63,903 nucleotides of DNA, filler included, from Folioceros fuciformis (GCA_049999805.1; 10 parts of 10 records of this genome joined end to end with filler, not necessarily neighbours in it); one strand, 5' to 3'; numbered from the whole stretch's first letter, positions 1-12,268 are shown. A program made the numbers and translations. Notes: a model not told the origin generated them from the sequence alone.

Positions 1-162
1 GGCGATGAGCGTGAGCGCAAAGGAAAGGAAAAACGGTTATATAAATTCAGCAAAAATGGTGCATATATGCAAGAGTTGAGTTGTCTATTATAACTGATCA
101 TAAAACTACTAAAATGTATTTAACCTAACTGTAAAGTAATATTAATTCCTTTACTCCCTCTT
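1..162 (-). repeat. Probable PPT (154-162) and start of the 3' LTR of Copia element A
   Basis: Minus strand reads AAGAGGGAG then AT-rich sequence to the window edge. The LTR would start TA rather than TG (possible deamination). Confidence 0.4.
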
Positions 163-498
163 AGTTGCAATGATCAGAAGGGGAAAACTTTTGAAGAACC
201 AAAAAAAACGTTGTCTTACTAATAAAGCCCTGAAACGTGCTCCTTGCTCCAAACGGAAATCATTGTGAACAGGGCATACAGATCACGCCTAATCCTCGTG
301 ATTGTGACAGCCATTCTTAACGTTGTAGATTCCACACTCCAAGCTTTACGTTGCAGCCCCTGTTACGCCCAAGTTCCCTAATGCAAAACCATGTCGCTCA
401 ACCTGAACCCGTTTGAACTTTGCAATTCGGCTGCCACGCTTCTCCTCGCTCGGCTCTTGCTCCTTCTTGCTCTTGGGTGCAAACATTGCTGTCTATCC

Positions 499-1217
499 AT
501 GGAATTCAGGAAGGGCCATGCCCCAAGGGGTATCGAGTGCACACACTGCGGTAGGGAATGGATACCAGCAGAAAGATACTCCCCTAGGCAGTGGCTATTG
601 CACATGAAAATTTGTGAATATTACCCGATGAACATAGATTCGCCCAATACAGAAGAGCAGAGAATGAAGATGGATGTGGCCAAGGCCATGTTCAAAGCCA
701 TGGTACCAGCTGGATTCTAAGTGAGACTTGAGGACACGCCTCCAGAGGTGTCCTTCGCAGAGCCAACAAAAGGGAAACATGGGAGGATCCCTCATCAAGA
801 ATATGAGAAGCTGATGAACTCTTCCCTGCCTAAAGAAGAAGGAGAGCTACATTACTACTATGCATACAGAATCAGTTCTGACAGTGTGGCTGAAAAATTG
901 AATGAGCAGGAACAGAATCTTCTGCTGCGAGCTTCCAAGATAGGTGGTGATCGTAGCAAGTCTCCCTCTGGAGCTGGAGTAGGATCAAAGGGGAGTTATG
1001 ACGACTCTGACGAAGAAGGGCAGGTGCTTACATGTGAGTGACTCCTTCATCCACCCTGCCACTCCATTTACCTATATATCTCACCATGCTTGACTAATGT
1101 CCTTACCTCCTTGTCATGTGGTATGCAGCAATGCTAGAAGAGCTGAAAAAGGCGGAAGAACTACTGCAGACCTTGAAGAGGAAGATCAAGGAGAAAGGCT
1201 ATCACCTGGACATATGA
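499..1217 (+). pseudogene. Spliced antisense accessory gene in Copia A, with C2-HC zinc-finger-like N-terminus and short coiled-coil-like C-terminus
   Basis: ORFs 391-720 and 721-1041 share a frame and are separated by one TAA. Motif CTHC-x17-HMKIC. Intron 1034-1128 (GTGAGT, TGACTAAT branch, TGCAG) joins in phase to SMLEELKKAEELLQTLKRKIKEKGYHLDI*. Confidence 0.6.
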
Positions 1218-2057
1218 AGCATGTTGTGAGAACAGCTAGTCTCGTGTGCTGTGCCTGGCTTATGTGAGGTAGAAGCCAGGCCAAGCCCTACTGCGGTAGT
1301 GTGTTTTGAATGCAAAACCTTGGGCAAGGCCTTTGTAAGCAAGTCTGCAATGTTATCACTAGTTGGAATGTATCTCACCTCAACCTCACCTGTATCAGCA
1401 ACTTGCCTAATGAAGTGGTGTGTAATCTCAATGTGTTTTGACTGTGCATAAAAAACGGAATTCTTAGAGAGGGCTATTGCCGACTGATTATCACACCATA
1501 ATCTGGTGGCTCCCGATGGCAACTGCTGCAAACCCCTGAGGAATGATCGGATCCAAATAATCTCTCTCGCTGCTTGGGATAAAGCCCCATACTCGGCTTC
1601 AGTTGAAGATAAGCAGATGGTCGTGAGCTTCTTGCTGGACCAAGAGACTACAGAACCCCCAAGCAGATTTTAATATGCAGCTATAGTCCTTCGACTATCG
1701 GGATCCTAGTCTACGTCACAATAAGATGTAAGCCGCAGGCCAGCAGATTGCTTAGTGTACTTCAAGCCGTGTCTTGGTGTCCCTTTCAAGTAGCAAAAAA
1801 TCCTCTTTTTAACTATCCAGTGTACTTCTCCCGGGTTCTCCAAAAACTGTGACACGTTGCTAACGGCTCTAGAAATGTCCAAACGCATCCAGGTAGCAAG
1901 GTAAATAAGGCTACCGATTGACTGCCTGTATGGGCGTGATGCCATGATATCCTTTTCTTCTTGTGTGGAGGGGAATTTCTCCTTCGAGAGTTTCTCACCT
2001 GTGGACATAGGTGTAGACACGGGACGAGCATCAGCCATGTTAAAACGCTGCAACGGC
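1202..2057 (-). mobile_element. Ty1/Copia element A: RT C-terminus and RNase H (degenerate)
   Basis: PYRQSIGSLIYL, YLKGT, CDNQSAIALSKN, KHIEITHHFIR, NIADLLTKAL. Confidence 0.95.
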
Positions 2058-4779
2058 TGATAGACAAAATGCTCCTGATGGATCTCTATAGTATGCCTAT
2101 CATGAGAGAACTGGAACTATACACCCAGAGAAATCTGACCTAACCCTAATTAGGTTTAACTCTAGTCCTAACCTAAACCTAATCAGACCTAAACATAGTT
2201 AGACCTAGTTCTAACCCCAACCTAACCCAAGCCGAACTCTAACCTACCCCTGCACCTAATTGCCCGTTACCCCTTTGGACACCGCTGGTTAGCCTCTATC
2301 CAAAATTATTAACCTCTCGCAACTAGCAAAAATCATCAGTGCCTCTCAACACTGTACTCTCCTCTCTCAGATCATCCCTTTCCCTTTCCCTCATTCATCC
2401 TGCAACCCTTTGAGAGCCTCCACCTACTTCCAGTCCCCCACCCCGCATCCTGTTGGTCAGGGGGCCCATGACCCGCAGAGCTACCCGTAGGAGGGGTGCG
2501 TTGCTCGGGCCCCAGTCTAGGTGTAGAAGTAGCAATGCATGGCTCATGNNNNNNNNNNNNNNNNNNNNNNNNNNNNNNNNNNNNNNNNNNNNNNNNNNNN
2601 NNNNNNNNNNNNNNNNNNNNNNNNNNNNNNNNNNNNNNNNNNNNNNNNCAACACTCTCCTCTCCTCTCTCAGATCATCCCTTTCCCTCAATCATCTGCAA
2701 CCCTTCAGAGCCTCCACCTACTTCCGGTCCTCCTACTTAGTCAGGGGGCCCATGACCCAGCAGAGCTGCCCGTCTAGTACCCCTGAGGAGTAACCTTGTA
2801 AACCTGGCACCTGAAAGTGACATCCCACCATGTCTTGCCCACATAATTATCACTAGGCTTCCCGCCTGCGAGCAGCATGTCTGTATTTAGACCTTCTGCC
2901 TATGAGCAGCCAAACGTGCTACTCGCGGATAGATAGCCAAATGCTAATCATATTATCTGGCTGCCCGTAGGAGGGGTGCGTTGCTCAGGCCCAGTCTAGT
3001 TGCAGAAGTAGCAATGCATGGCTCATGAACGCATTCGGTGCTGCCCAGGTTGATCGCTCAAAAGGCCCATAGCAGCATTAATCCAACACCCCCAGCAGCA
3101 TTGATCCCTCTTTCTCTGGAGCCACAAACCTTCTTCCAACTGCCCCGCTTCACCCAGCCCGTTGAGAAACGGTTGCCTGCTAGCCGCTCAGATCACGGCC
3201 GCACAGCCCATGCCTGGCCCTTGCTCATCCGACCAGTCCTCCTTCCTTGCTGCAACCCGGCCGCTGTTCCACTCTGATCTAGCCCATGATTCCACCAAAG
3301 TCGCAAGAGCAGCGTCTTGCTTCCTGATTGGTCTTCCAACCGTGATCCAGCCAACACCAAAATCTGCCTACCATCTGACTGCCTGCTAGCATGCTACTGA
3401 CCCGCCCGCTAGGCTGCCTTCGATCTGGCCAACGTTTGCCTGGACGGATCCGCCTGTAAGGTTGCCGTCAGCCGGCCTGCCATTCCGGCCGAATCCTTCC
3501 CCTGCAGCCACAACTTAGCTAACCCGCTGACTAGCCATGGTCCAGCCAGTCGGCCTGGCTGCCTAAATTCTCCATTCCCCGGTCTGCCTGGATCCCAGCC
3601 AGCTCCTGGAGCCCACCAATCGGGTCTCTACCCCGCCGACCTGGCCTGGGCCTGGCTTCCGCCCACCCTGCTAATCTAGCCAAGCGGCCACCTCTCAAGA
3701 CTCACCTAGCCAGTCGGCCTGCTGGATTCAGCCCGCAGCCTGCCTGGGTCCGCTCCAATCTCATTCGCAGCCGGCCAAGCGTTGGCGCGTACCTGTGGCC
3801 TGAATTAGCTGGCCATGCCGGCTAGCCAGGCAGTCGGGCCGCTACTAGCCCGGCCACCCACCCTGTTGCTTGTCCCGCTGCCGGCCCGGGCTGGCTTGCT
3901 AGCTAGGCCCTTCAGCAGCCCGCCAATCTGTCAGCAGCTCCCCAGCGGTTGTGGTCAGTGGCATGGGCAGCCAGCCTCCAGCGCCCAGCCAAGTCGACTG
4001 TGCCCTGCCTGGCCGGTCTATTGGCTGGCTAGATCTAGCCGGCAAGCCAGCTAGACCCGACAGCCAGCCTCCCCTGCCAACCTGCGACCTACCGGCTGCC
4101 TACCTACGCTGGTGCTGGGTCGCTTGCCCGGCTCCAAGATCTACTGGCCAAGTAGCTAGGCCGACTCTTGCTGCTGGCTGCCTGCCTACAACTCGATCGG
4201 CTGGGCTGGCCACTGCCGAGCCGGTCTGGGTTGCCTGCATGCTTATGGCCCGGCTGTCTGCACTCCGCATGGCCGGTGTGAATCCAACCCGGCTGCTGGC
4301 CTGCTGACAGGCCAGGCTGCCTGCTGCCCCTTGCGCCTACGGCCAGCCGGCCCGCCCGATCCAGCCCCGTCCTCAACTTGGATTCCATCCCGGCCTGCTA
4401 CGCCCGTGGATCCAGCGCCGCCCGCCTGGCCTGGATCCGACTGCTGTTGAGCCGCTTGCCGGCTCCCAGACTTGGCCCTGGCCTCAACCAACCTGGATCC
4501 ACCTGCAGCCGACCCGCCGCCAGCTCTCTTGGCAGCCTACTGCCAGGCCGCTTGCTAGAGGCCTCAAGCTGGCCTCCCTCCTTTCGGATTTGGCCAAGCA
4601 GCCAACCTGCTCGGCTTGGCTGCCTGCTAAACCGGTCCGCCCAGAGCTAAAGCCGCTGCCTGTCACCTGTTCCAGCCATGCCCATCCGGCCAGCCCGGTT
4701 GGGCGAGCAGCCAGACCGCTACTAGCCCAACCCCCTGCTTTTCCGACCAACCCGGCCGCCTGGCGCGCTAGATCCGCCA
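2058..4779. repeat. GC-rich repetitive insertion (probable large LTR-type sequence) interrupting Copia A
   Basis: Starts TG at the RT breakpoint. CCTAA-rich head, internal duplications at 2345-2548, 2649-2775 and 2960-3030, then CCAGCC/GGCTAG/GATCC-rich sequence similar to the reverse complement of 46500-48160. Confidence 0.55.
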
Positions 4780-5011
4780 ATAAACTTCCAGCATCTGTCT
4801 ACTTTGGTGAACAATAGTGTCTTTAGAGATCAGCTATCTTTTCCTTTTGACAACCAAGCCTTTTGTGATTCCTGTCAGCTTAGCAAAGTCATTTCACAAC
4901 CCTTTCGAGATCAGCACCTCTCTAGAGCCCCTTGTCTTCTGCATACAATTCATAGTGGCGTTTGTGGACCCATGTCCACAGCATCCTTTGGTGGTGCTTC
5001 TTATTTTCTCA
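4780..5011 (+). mobile_element. Inverted Copia integrase N-terminal fragment
   Basis: INFQHLSTL...CDSCQLSK...IHSGVCGPM...GGASYFLT. Confidence 0.9.
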
Positions 5012-5066
5012 CTGCCGCCAGTCACCTATTCCAGCCAAGAGGCCACCTGAGTCTGCTAGCCAACCC

Positions 5067-6554
5067 ATGTCCCAATCAACAGTGCCACAATTGAGTAGGT
5101 GATAAAGAAGGGGAATGACTTACATAAACTGTGGTTTGCTATGGAAGGGTTCTGATATTCAACAAATAGAGGTCATTAAATGGTGTACCTGAGAAGATCT
5201 CATCCCAACCAGGTATTCTAGAGATGGAACAACCAGTGTGATCAAAACAAATGCGACAGTAATGTTCTTCTACTAGCTTCAGGACCGATATTAAATTCTT
5301 AGTTATGGCTGGAACAAAAAGCACACCTGTAAGGGTAATGCAGTCTAAGCTAGGCAATTCTATAGTGACCAAACCAGAGCCCTTAATGGCAAGACCACTG
5401 TCATCACCTAACAAAACAAACTGATGATTATCAGTATAGGGAATGAAATCACTGAAAGAACGTCTATCATAACTGATATGGTTAGTTGCTCCTGAGTCCA
5501 AGAACCACATATCAGTCTGTATTTGTATGGAAGATAAGCAAACTGCCAAAATAGAAGGGGACTTCGTAGAAGAAGCCTTGGAAGTGGTCAAGTTAGATTC
5601 AGCAGATGCTTCCCTTTTAGGTTCCCCTGCTTGTTTCTTCCTGCAGTCCTTCTCATAGTGCCATGGGATTTTACACCAGTTGCACGTAAATGTCTTCCGT
5701 TGCAAATTTGGGTGTCTCGGGCCGGATAAGGCACCACGTCCTCGACCTCGAAAACTCCCTCTACCTCGTTCAGAAAAAAGGACTCTTGAGTTCTATTGTG
5801 ATCCTTGCTTATTCTTATGGAAACCCTTCGTGCGGTCCTCAGCTAGAAGTGCACCTAGCAGCTCCTCCAAATTTAGAGAAGGTGCTCTTGTAGGTACTGT
5901 AGAAGAGGACCTGGTACTTTGGGAGCTCACAAAATGACTGTAACTCTCAGGTAAGGAAGCAAGAAGACTGACAGCAACCTGTGCTTCTGTTAGGGTTGTT
6001 CCACAATAAGCTAAAGTTGCACGTGCTGTGTGAAACTTGTTGATGTATGATTCCACTGTCTCGTTCTTCTTCATCCTCATACTGTAAAAATCCCTGTGTG
6101 CATGGAGTTGAGATGCACTACTCCTGTCCTTGTAGATGAGACTGAAATTGTGCCAAATAGCAGTAGAGGTTTCAGCACCCAAAGTGTGAGGCATCATATT
6201 TCTGTCAAGGGAAGCTATGAGAATGGAATGAGCTCTTCTATCTCTCCTCTGCCATTGTAATATATCAGCAGCATTGATTGTTGTAACATGCGTTGCATTT
6301 GCAGGCTGTACAGCAGGTATGGGCTCGGTCCCATCAACAACCGACATCTGCTCATTCTCCTCAAAAATTTGGGTCAAACGCATTGACCATATGTTGTAGT
6401 TGTTTCCATTGAAATGATCCTTGTCCTTGAACTCGATCTTTAGGGTTGATTGAGTGAAAGCTGCCATGGTTGAAGAAGTGACCCCCGTTGATGTTGATGC
6501 TGCAGTGGTATTCAATGCAGAGATTGACGGTTGCTGAGCCGCCTGAGATGGCAC
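5067..6554 (-). mobile_element. Copia A gag, zinc knuckle, protease and GAG-pre-integrase
   Basis: FNGNNYNIWSMR, CNWCKIPWHYEKDCRKK, WFLDSGATNHI, KNLISV, LWHC*LGH. Confidence 0.95.
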
Positions 6555-6744
6555 TGGATTCTAGTTAAACTAAACTCTGCGAGGGAAGGAATCTGGATTC
6601 CCTCCTTGTAAACTCAGTAGAGGGTCTGGTACGTCCTCTAGCTCCACTATGCCGCCAGAATTGAAGTCGAATTCACCATCAGATCCGACGCTTCGAAATC
6701 TTCCTGGCAGCATGTCATCAAACTGGATAAAGAGTCAGTAATGG

Positions 6745-6844
6745 NNNNNNNNNNNNNNNNNNNNNNNNNNNNNNNNNNNNNNNNNNNNTTAATTAATTAA
6801 NNNNNNNNNNNNNNNNNNNNNNNNNNNNNNNNNNNNNNNNNNNN
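6745..6844. other. Artificial scaffold linker N-TTAATTAATTAA-N (also near 10141, 16916, 27163, 31092, 37572, 43238, 48161, 56238)
   Basis: The same ~100-nt spacer with a six-frame stop 12-mer occurs nine times. Confidence 0.97.
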
Positions 6845-7231
6845 TCTCAGGATCCTCAGCCCCCCGGCGCACTTGGGCTAGGCCATGGCAAGTCTAAGCA
6901 CGGCACCCACACGCCTATGCCCAACCCCTTTTGCATGCTCCCGAGGCCACAACTTGCCCTCACATGCCCGACTTAGGGCTCCACACATGCCGGCGTCCCT
7001 CTCCACGGGCACACCCTACCCCCTACTTCACATTTTCCACGGCCACGGGTTAGCTAAACGATTGTTGACTTTCTAAACTACACCACCACTATATCTCCTG
7101 ATCATCCTATTTAATCTAGCCTTATCTAACATAATTTCCTAATTACCTCTGCAAGGAATTCTATCAAAACTGCAAAAAAAACAAATACCACCCATTTTCT
7201 AAGAGGCCTATCTACCATGTGGTCTCCACAC
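6845..7231 (+). repeat. LTR-like 3' end related to the terminus at 46176-46350 (minus)
   Basis: Ends CATGTGGTCTCCACACA versus CATGTGGAGTCCACACTCAGCAACA, each preceded by ATCTAGC and an A-run. Confidence 0.4.
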
Positions 7232-7979
7232 ACGGAGCCAAAGAGCCCCATCAATATTCATGGCATCGCCCAAACAATATTAAAGGCATGGTGTCCCTTG
7301 ATGTGTGAATGCGTAGCTTGAGGTGTAGCATAGCAGGTCCACAAGAGGCCATAATGCAAACCATACCAAACACCTAAGCAAAGAAACCGTGACAACGGTT
7401 AGTTGTCACGACGTTAGAGTTACAATTTCTGTTACAATATCCTGGCTCGGTATCACCGAACCTAACTGTAACAATTGCCACAAATGTGTTACAAATAACC
7501 TCATTTTAGTTACACTANNNNNNNNNNNNNNNNNNNNNNNNNNNNNNNNNNNNNNNNNNNNNNNNNNNNNNNNNNNNNNNNNNNNNNNNNNNNNNNNNNN
7601 NNNNNNNNNNNNNNNNNACTATACCGTAATATGGATGCCGAGCATGTACTAGTGAACTCTAAACCCCCCCTCCTCCTCATATAAACGATTTTTATTTTGA
7701 AAACCCCAAGGTCCAAGAACCTTTTAGCCTAGCCTGACATTCACGGTTCAAGGTCCAAGGACTTGTTATTTGTAAAAGAAAACAAAATCCAAGGAGTGGT
7801 ACTCCCATAGGCAAGGACAAATTTTAGTATAAAAGGCCTTGCCTCAGGCAGTTCCTAAACACTTCATCACACAAAACGTAAGAAAAACAAAAAAAACTCA
7901 TTCAAACCATCAGTTCAAGGGCCCTCGTTATTGCACATGTGGTCTTCTACAATGCCTACAATTTTAACAATGAGATTAT

Positions 7980-8400
7980 TGTTGTTGCAGACACCCCTAG
8001 TTTGACAAGAGAAACGTCACCTGGTGATGGTTAGCTCGACCCAGAAAAGAAGTATTTTTCCTCACCATCTGAATCCTTAAATACTAATGGCATGGAATAT
8101 TAGGATTCGTCAGTCGAGAATCTTAGGAGTGCAAGGAAGAAGCATAAAGTGTTGACAGCAAAAAAAGGTGAAGAATTGTTTGCGGCTATGACTAGCAGCT
8201 TTATTAACCAATTGTGGGATAAAAAAGCTAACAAGGACAAGAGACAAGGCAAACATGGACTTCCATGAACGAGTCCACCATGACATAATGCAGCACAATC
8301 GTGCTCTTATACAATCTCAAACCAAATTGGTGAGGGTTTTGTCACTGTTTTCATTAAAATTGGCGATGCTTTGAGCAAGATAGGTTACAAAATGTTGTAG
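7980..8400 (+). pseudogene. Possible C-terminal part of the Harbinger second (Myb/SANT-type) ORF
   Basis: Converges on the transposase. Helical tail QHNRALIQSQTKLV...IGDALSKIGYKML*. The Myb domain itself was not seen. Confidence 0.4.
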
Positions 8401-9702
8401 ATGTTTAATTCAAGAACTCATGTCCCGTACTGGTTGATGAATAGACCATAAGACTCTAGCAATGTTTTGTCGAAGTCTATCACCATTTGTATCTATGGCT
8501 AAACACATCACAATTCAATATTTAGCATCATGAGATTAATCTTCATTGTCTGCAAATAAGTTACCATTATTGATGAGAATGTTGTGTAGGTAACAATAGC
8601 AGAGTAATTGCCCATAGGCTGTCAATGTTTGGTTTCCAAATAGTTCTACTCAACATCCTCTATGTGCCTTTCAACTTGCCAAAAGCTCATTCAACTACCA
8701 TGTGTGTTGATGAGTGTTGCAAATTGAAATAATCTTTCTCTACAGATATATGTCTTATAGGGAAGGGTGTAAGGAGCCAAGGGGGATATCCTGTATCACC
8801 CACATTGGGGATTTTGTGATAATCATTGTTACAGAATCCCCATTTAAGATGTCACCTCTTAATGTTTTCTTGTACAAGCCTGAATTGCTTAGTACTCTTG
8901 CATCGTTCACTAATCGAGGAAATCCAACAAAGACGTCTAGGAGACGTATCTCCATATCCACAAAACCTTCAATGCATACACTGTAGTGGTGGTTTTGATC
9001 GAAGTAGTCTATAGCCACTTATCTTGACATAAGCTCAATCTTCACGTGTGAAACATCGATAGAGCACAAGATTTTTTTGACCCTGGTGCTCCTCAAACAT
9101 AGCCTTAGTGGCAGCAAGTGCCTCTCCTTGTGGCCAAGATATAAGATGTCCAGCTATATTGTTCATTGCTTGAACAAATCGCCATACTATCTTTGGTGCA
9201 GTTGGTTCAGCTAATCCAAACGGCTTTCCAACAGACTTTAAAGTGTCTCCTGTAGCTAGGCGTCTCAATGCTAGGGCTTCTTGAATGTCTACTACCAACT
9301 ATCTATTTTGGATTTGCCTTAGAGGTGTCAAAGTCTTTCTTATGAGATCATTAGCCATCGAATTGTAAATGTAATTGAGAGTTGTGGGCATCATCCTAAA
9401 AATTGACGGAATCATGTAAGATTTTGATGCCAAGTAGCTTCCAAGAACAAAGTCCACTATGCCAAGGATTCGTCGTTAATGTAGAAATCCCCAATCTCAT
9501 GTTTCTTTCTAAACAGTATGGAAATTGTTGCTCTAGATAAGAGGAACATCATGGTTGAAATCTTTAGAGCAGCGCCTTCTCTTGAATTCAGCTAAGCTGA
9601 TCGTTGATGCAGCCCTTTAGGTTGCCTCTCCATAAAATTCAGAGCCGCTGGCAATGTCACGGCAGAAGTAAGAAATGAACAAATAGCAAGCTTCTTCTCC
9701 AT
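8400..9702 (-). mobile_element. PIF/Harbinger DDE transposase pseudogene
   Basis: FRMMPTTLNYI, ALALRRLATGDTLKSVGKPFGL, DYFDQNHHYSVCIEGFVD...DVFVGFPRLVNDARVLSNSGLY, *CYLHNIL. Confidence 0.9.
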
Positions 9703-9814
9703 ACTTGCAGGATCACCCTCACAATCGGGTTCCATGCCGTAGCAAGCTCACGATTCGGGTAGCAACAAATTCATGTCTTGATGTTTTGGATACCAGCAGA
9801 CTCACAATTACGTT

Positions 9815-10140
9815 TTGGGTCATAGCAAGCTCACTCACGATTTGGGTCGCAGCAAGCTCACTCACGATTTGGGTCGCAGCAAGCTCACTCACAATTTGGG
9901 TCGCAGCAAGCTCACTCATGATTTGGGTCGCAGCAAGCTCACTCACAATTTGGGTCGTAGCAAGCTCACTCACGATTTGGGTCGCAGCAAGCTCACTCAC
10001 GATTTGGGTTGCAGCAAGCTCACTCATGATTTGGGTTGCAGCAAAGCTCACATTTTGGGTTGCAGCAAGATAATCACTCACGGTTTCGATCATGGCAAGC
10101 TCACTTACGTTTTGGGTCACAGCAAAGATCACATTTTGGG
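9815..10140. repeat. 27-bp minisatellite, about 12 units
   Basis: Unit GCAGCAAGCTCACTCACGATTTGGGTC. Confidence 0.95.
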
Positions 10141-11112
10141 NNNNNNNNNNNNNNNNNNNNNNNNNNNNNNNNNNNNNNNNNNNNTTAATTAATTAANNNN
10201 NNNNNNNNNNNNNNNNNNNNNNNNNNNNNNNNNNNNNNNNCTTCTTCATAATGCAACTTCGGATAGCATGGGCGGCGAGTCGCCCTGCTCCTCATTTCCG
10301 TCTTCTTACATCCTAGAATAATGCTGACAGACGTCGCACGTTCTCAACTGACGCACTGAAGGTGCTCTTGGTTCCTTGCATCCGGATCCCAAGCTGGAGG
10401 GCATCGGGGCCTGTTCCACGGTGGACGTACGCAATGCAGCCCTGCCTCTTCTTGCTCGCGACCCGATAATGGAGGGAGCTCCCATTCGTTTGCTTTTGGC
10501 TTTCCCCTATATTATTTGTATTTTTTGAAAATATGTATTCTCCAGCCCATTATCTACTCGAACCAACTGCTCTCTGGCAATGCGATTTTGTTTAGATTGA
10601 CTATGGGATTCATGAATAGTGCAAGAGTTCTATATCTCATGTGGGAGCCCTAAAGCAAGGAGCGTACAAAGAAAACTAAAAGGAAAGGTTGCCAACTTGC
10701 CACATTGTCAATTCAGTACTATGTACGTATCCACATGATTTTATTAGGTCTGTCACCTGATGATGTGATGTGAAGCTGGCATAGTGATGATAACTTTGGA
10801 GGTGGCTATGTTGGCACTTCCAGAGTCTCCGAAGCTCTCGATTTAAAACAGCAATTGGGTCGCTTTGCAACGAGCCGTTACAAAGTGTGCCTTCAAGTTC
10901 ATTTTCATAGAGAAACAAAGTGGCGGAACATTGTGGCAAGGGCTGCTACAGAGTCCTGAAGTGTGAAACGCAGGCTACTGGCTACAAGCCTAGGAGCTAG
11001 GGGCGACAGGCTGCTGGCTGCTGGCTACAACTACAGGCCACAGGTGCACTAGTGCCAAGATGAATTGTGATGTCCCAAGCGAGCAACAAAGCTGTCTTGC
11101 AGTGGATAAGTA

Positions 11113-11428
11113 TGGCATACCAAAACGGACACTCTTATAGGTTCCTACGGGGTATTAGCCGAATATTCTCTTTTGATGCTTACATTTTTATGTCCCTTTT
11201 GGGAAACCAACCAACTGGATGCCGGGCGGCCTTAGGACAGAAAGCCCAAACACCCCTTGTAACCAGGGGTGGGGGCGCGCCCGTGCTTGGGCGCGACATG
11301 CTTGCAAAGTGCAAGCATGTCCGGTTTGGTTTTGGGTTTAGGGTTACGGTTACGCCCCAAAGGGGAGCATAACCGGTGCGTCTCTAAAAAATCCTAGAGA
11401 GAGGGGGCGTGTCCCCTTTGGTATGCCA
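11113..11428. mobile_element. MITE, about 316 bp, with ~20-bp TIRs and TA target duplication
   Basis: TA|TGGCATACCAAAACGGACAC ... GTGTCCCCTTTGGTATGCCA|TA (2 mismatches). Confidence 0.75.
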
Positions 11429-12268
11429 TAATTGGCTGCTGCCATGTTTGGACGAGATCCATCTGAAGAAGAATGCCATCCTGTCTGTGAAAACAGGGGG
11501 AGATAGCTGAGAGAGAGCCGAAGGTCTACTGGGCAGATGATCATGTCCATACGTCACAGTGAACCTACGCTTCACGGACGAGGATGGATTCAAGTATTGG
11601 CCAGTAAGGATTGCAGTTTATGAAAGGACGCCTTGCTGTTGCGCATACGCATGCTGATGCACGACGTCGTGTTGAATGCTATTTATCACGGCCACGCTAG
11701 AACTTTTCACGTGGGGATGATGGGTTCATCATCATTGAGGCCGGGAAGATGTCAGAGAGTTGCATGGTGTGCCATCAAGAATCTGATAAACATGCTGGTC
11801 TAGTACGCTGTGCGCTGACTGTAGCGGAAAGTGTGAAAGCCTGACATGTTCGGCACCGCAGCTGGTAAGGTTTATGGAAGAGGAGGAAGGCTGTCGAATA
11901 TAATGCTGTGGAGCCTACGTATAGGGACCGCGGTTTCATAACTTGAGCCTGCGCTGAAATGGGAGCGCGAAATGCAGGCATCTTCCTAGCCCGAGCCAAC
12001 CGCTTCAGACTGCCAAGGGGCAGCCAAAAAACCAAAATTTTGGGCCCCTTGCCACACATTTCACATTCCGAATGGCGTTGGAGCCCGAGCAAAGCCAGAC
12101 AGCAAAATCACAGGATGCCAGGGAACGCTCGGACAAGGGCTTCAGGGCACCAGTGCGAAATCTGGAAACACTTCACAATTCAGTAAGTACGTAACGGATT
12201 CTTCATGACCTGGAAGCAGCCAGTAAAGAGAACTTGGAGCTGAGGTCGTGGTTGGATGTGGTAGCAGC

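Noticed and set aside
391-498. Signal-peptide-like N-terminus suggesting an env-like protein
   Set aside because: The Leu-rich stretch is probably a translated pyrimidine-rich leader; ATG 499 preferred. No TM anchor, and orientation is antisense.
2135-2260. Telomere-like CCTAA repeats (also ~17500-17600)
   Set aside because: Irregular, not tandem TTTAGGG/TTAGGG arrays; part of TE sequence.
3038-4817. Many overlapping Pro/Ala/Arg-rich ORFs (also 46280-48208)
   Set aside because: By-product of high GC; no domain or consistent frame.
6789-6800. Recurrent palindrome TTAATTAATTAA
   Set aside because: Always centred in N runs; an artificial six-frame-stop linker.
9815-10140. CRISPR-like regular array (also 13476-13680)
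   Set aside because: Head-to-tail repeats without unique spacers, no cas genes, eukaryotic context.
10241-11100. Possible host exons in unique-looking sequence (also 11430-11900, 16505-16915, 52260-53210)
   Set aside because: No recognisable motif or coherent exon chain.
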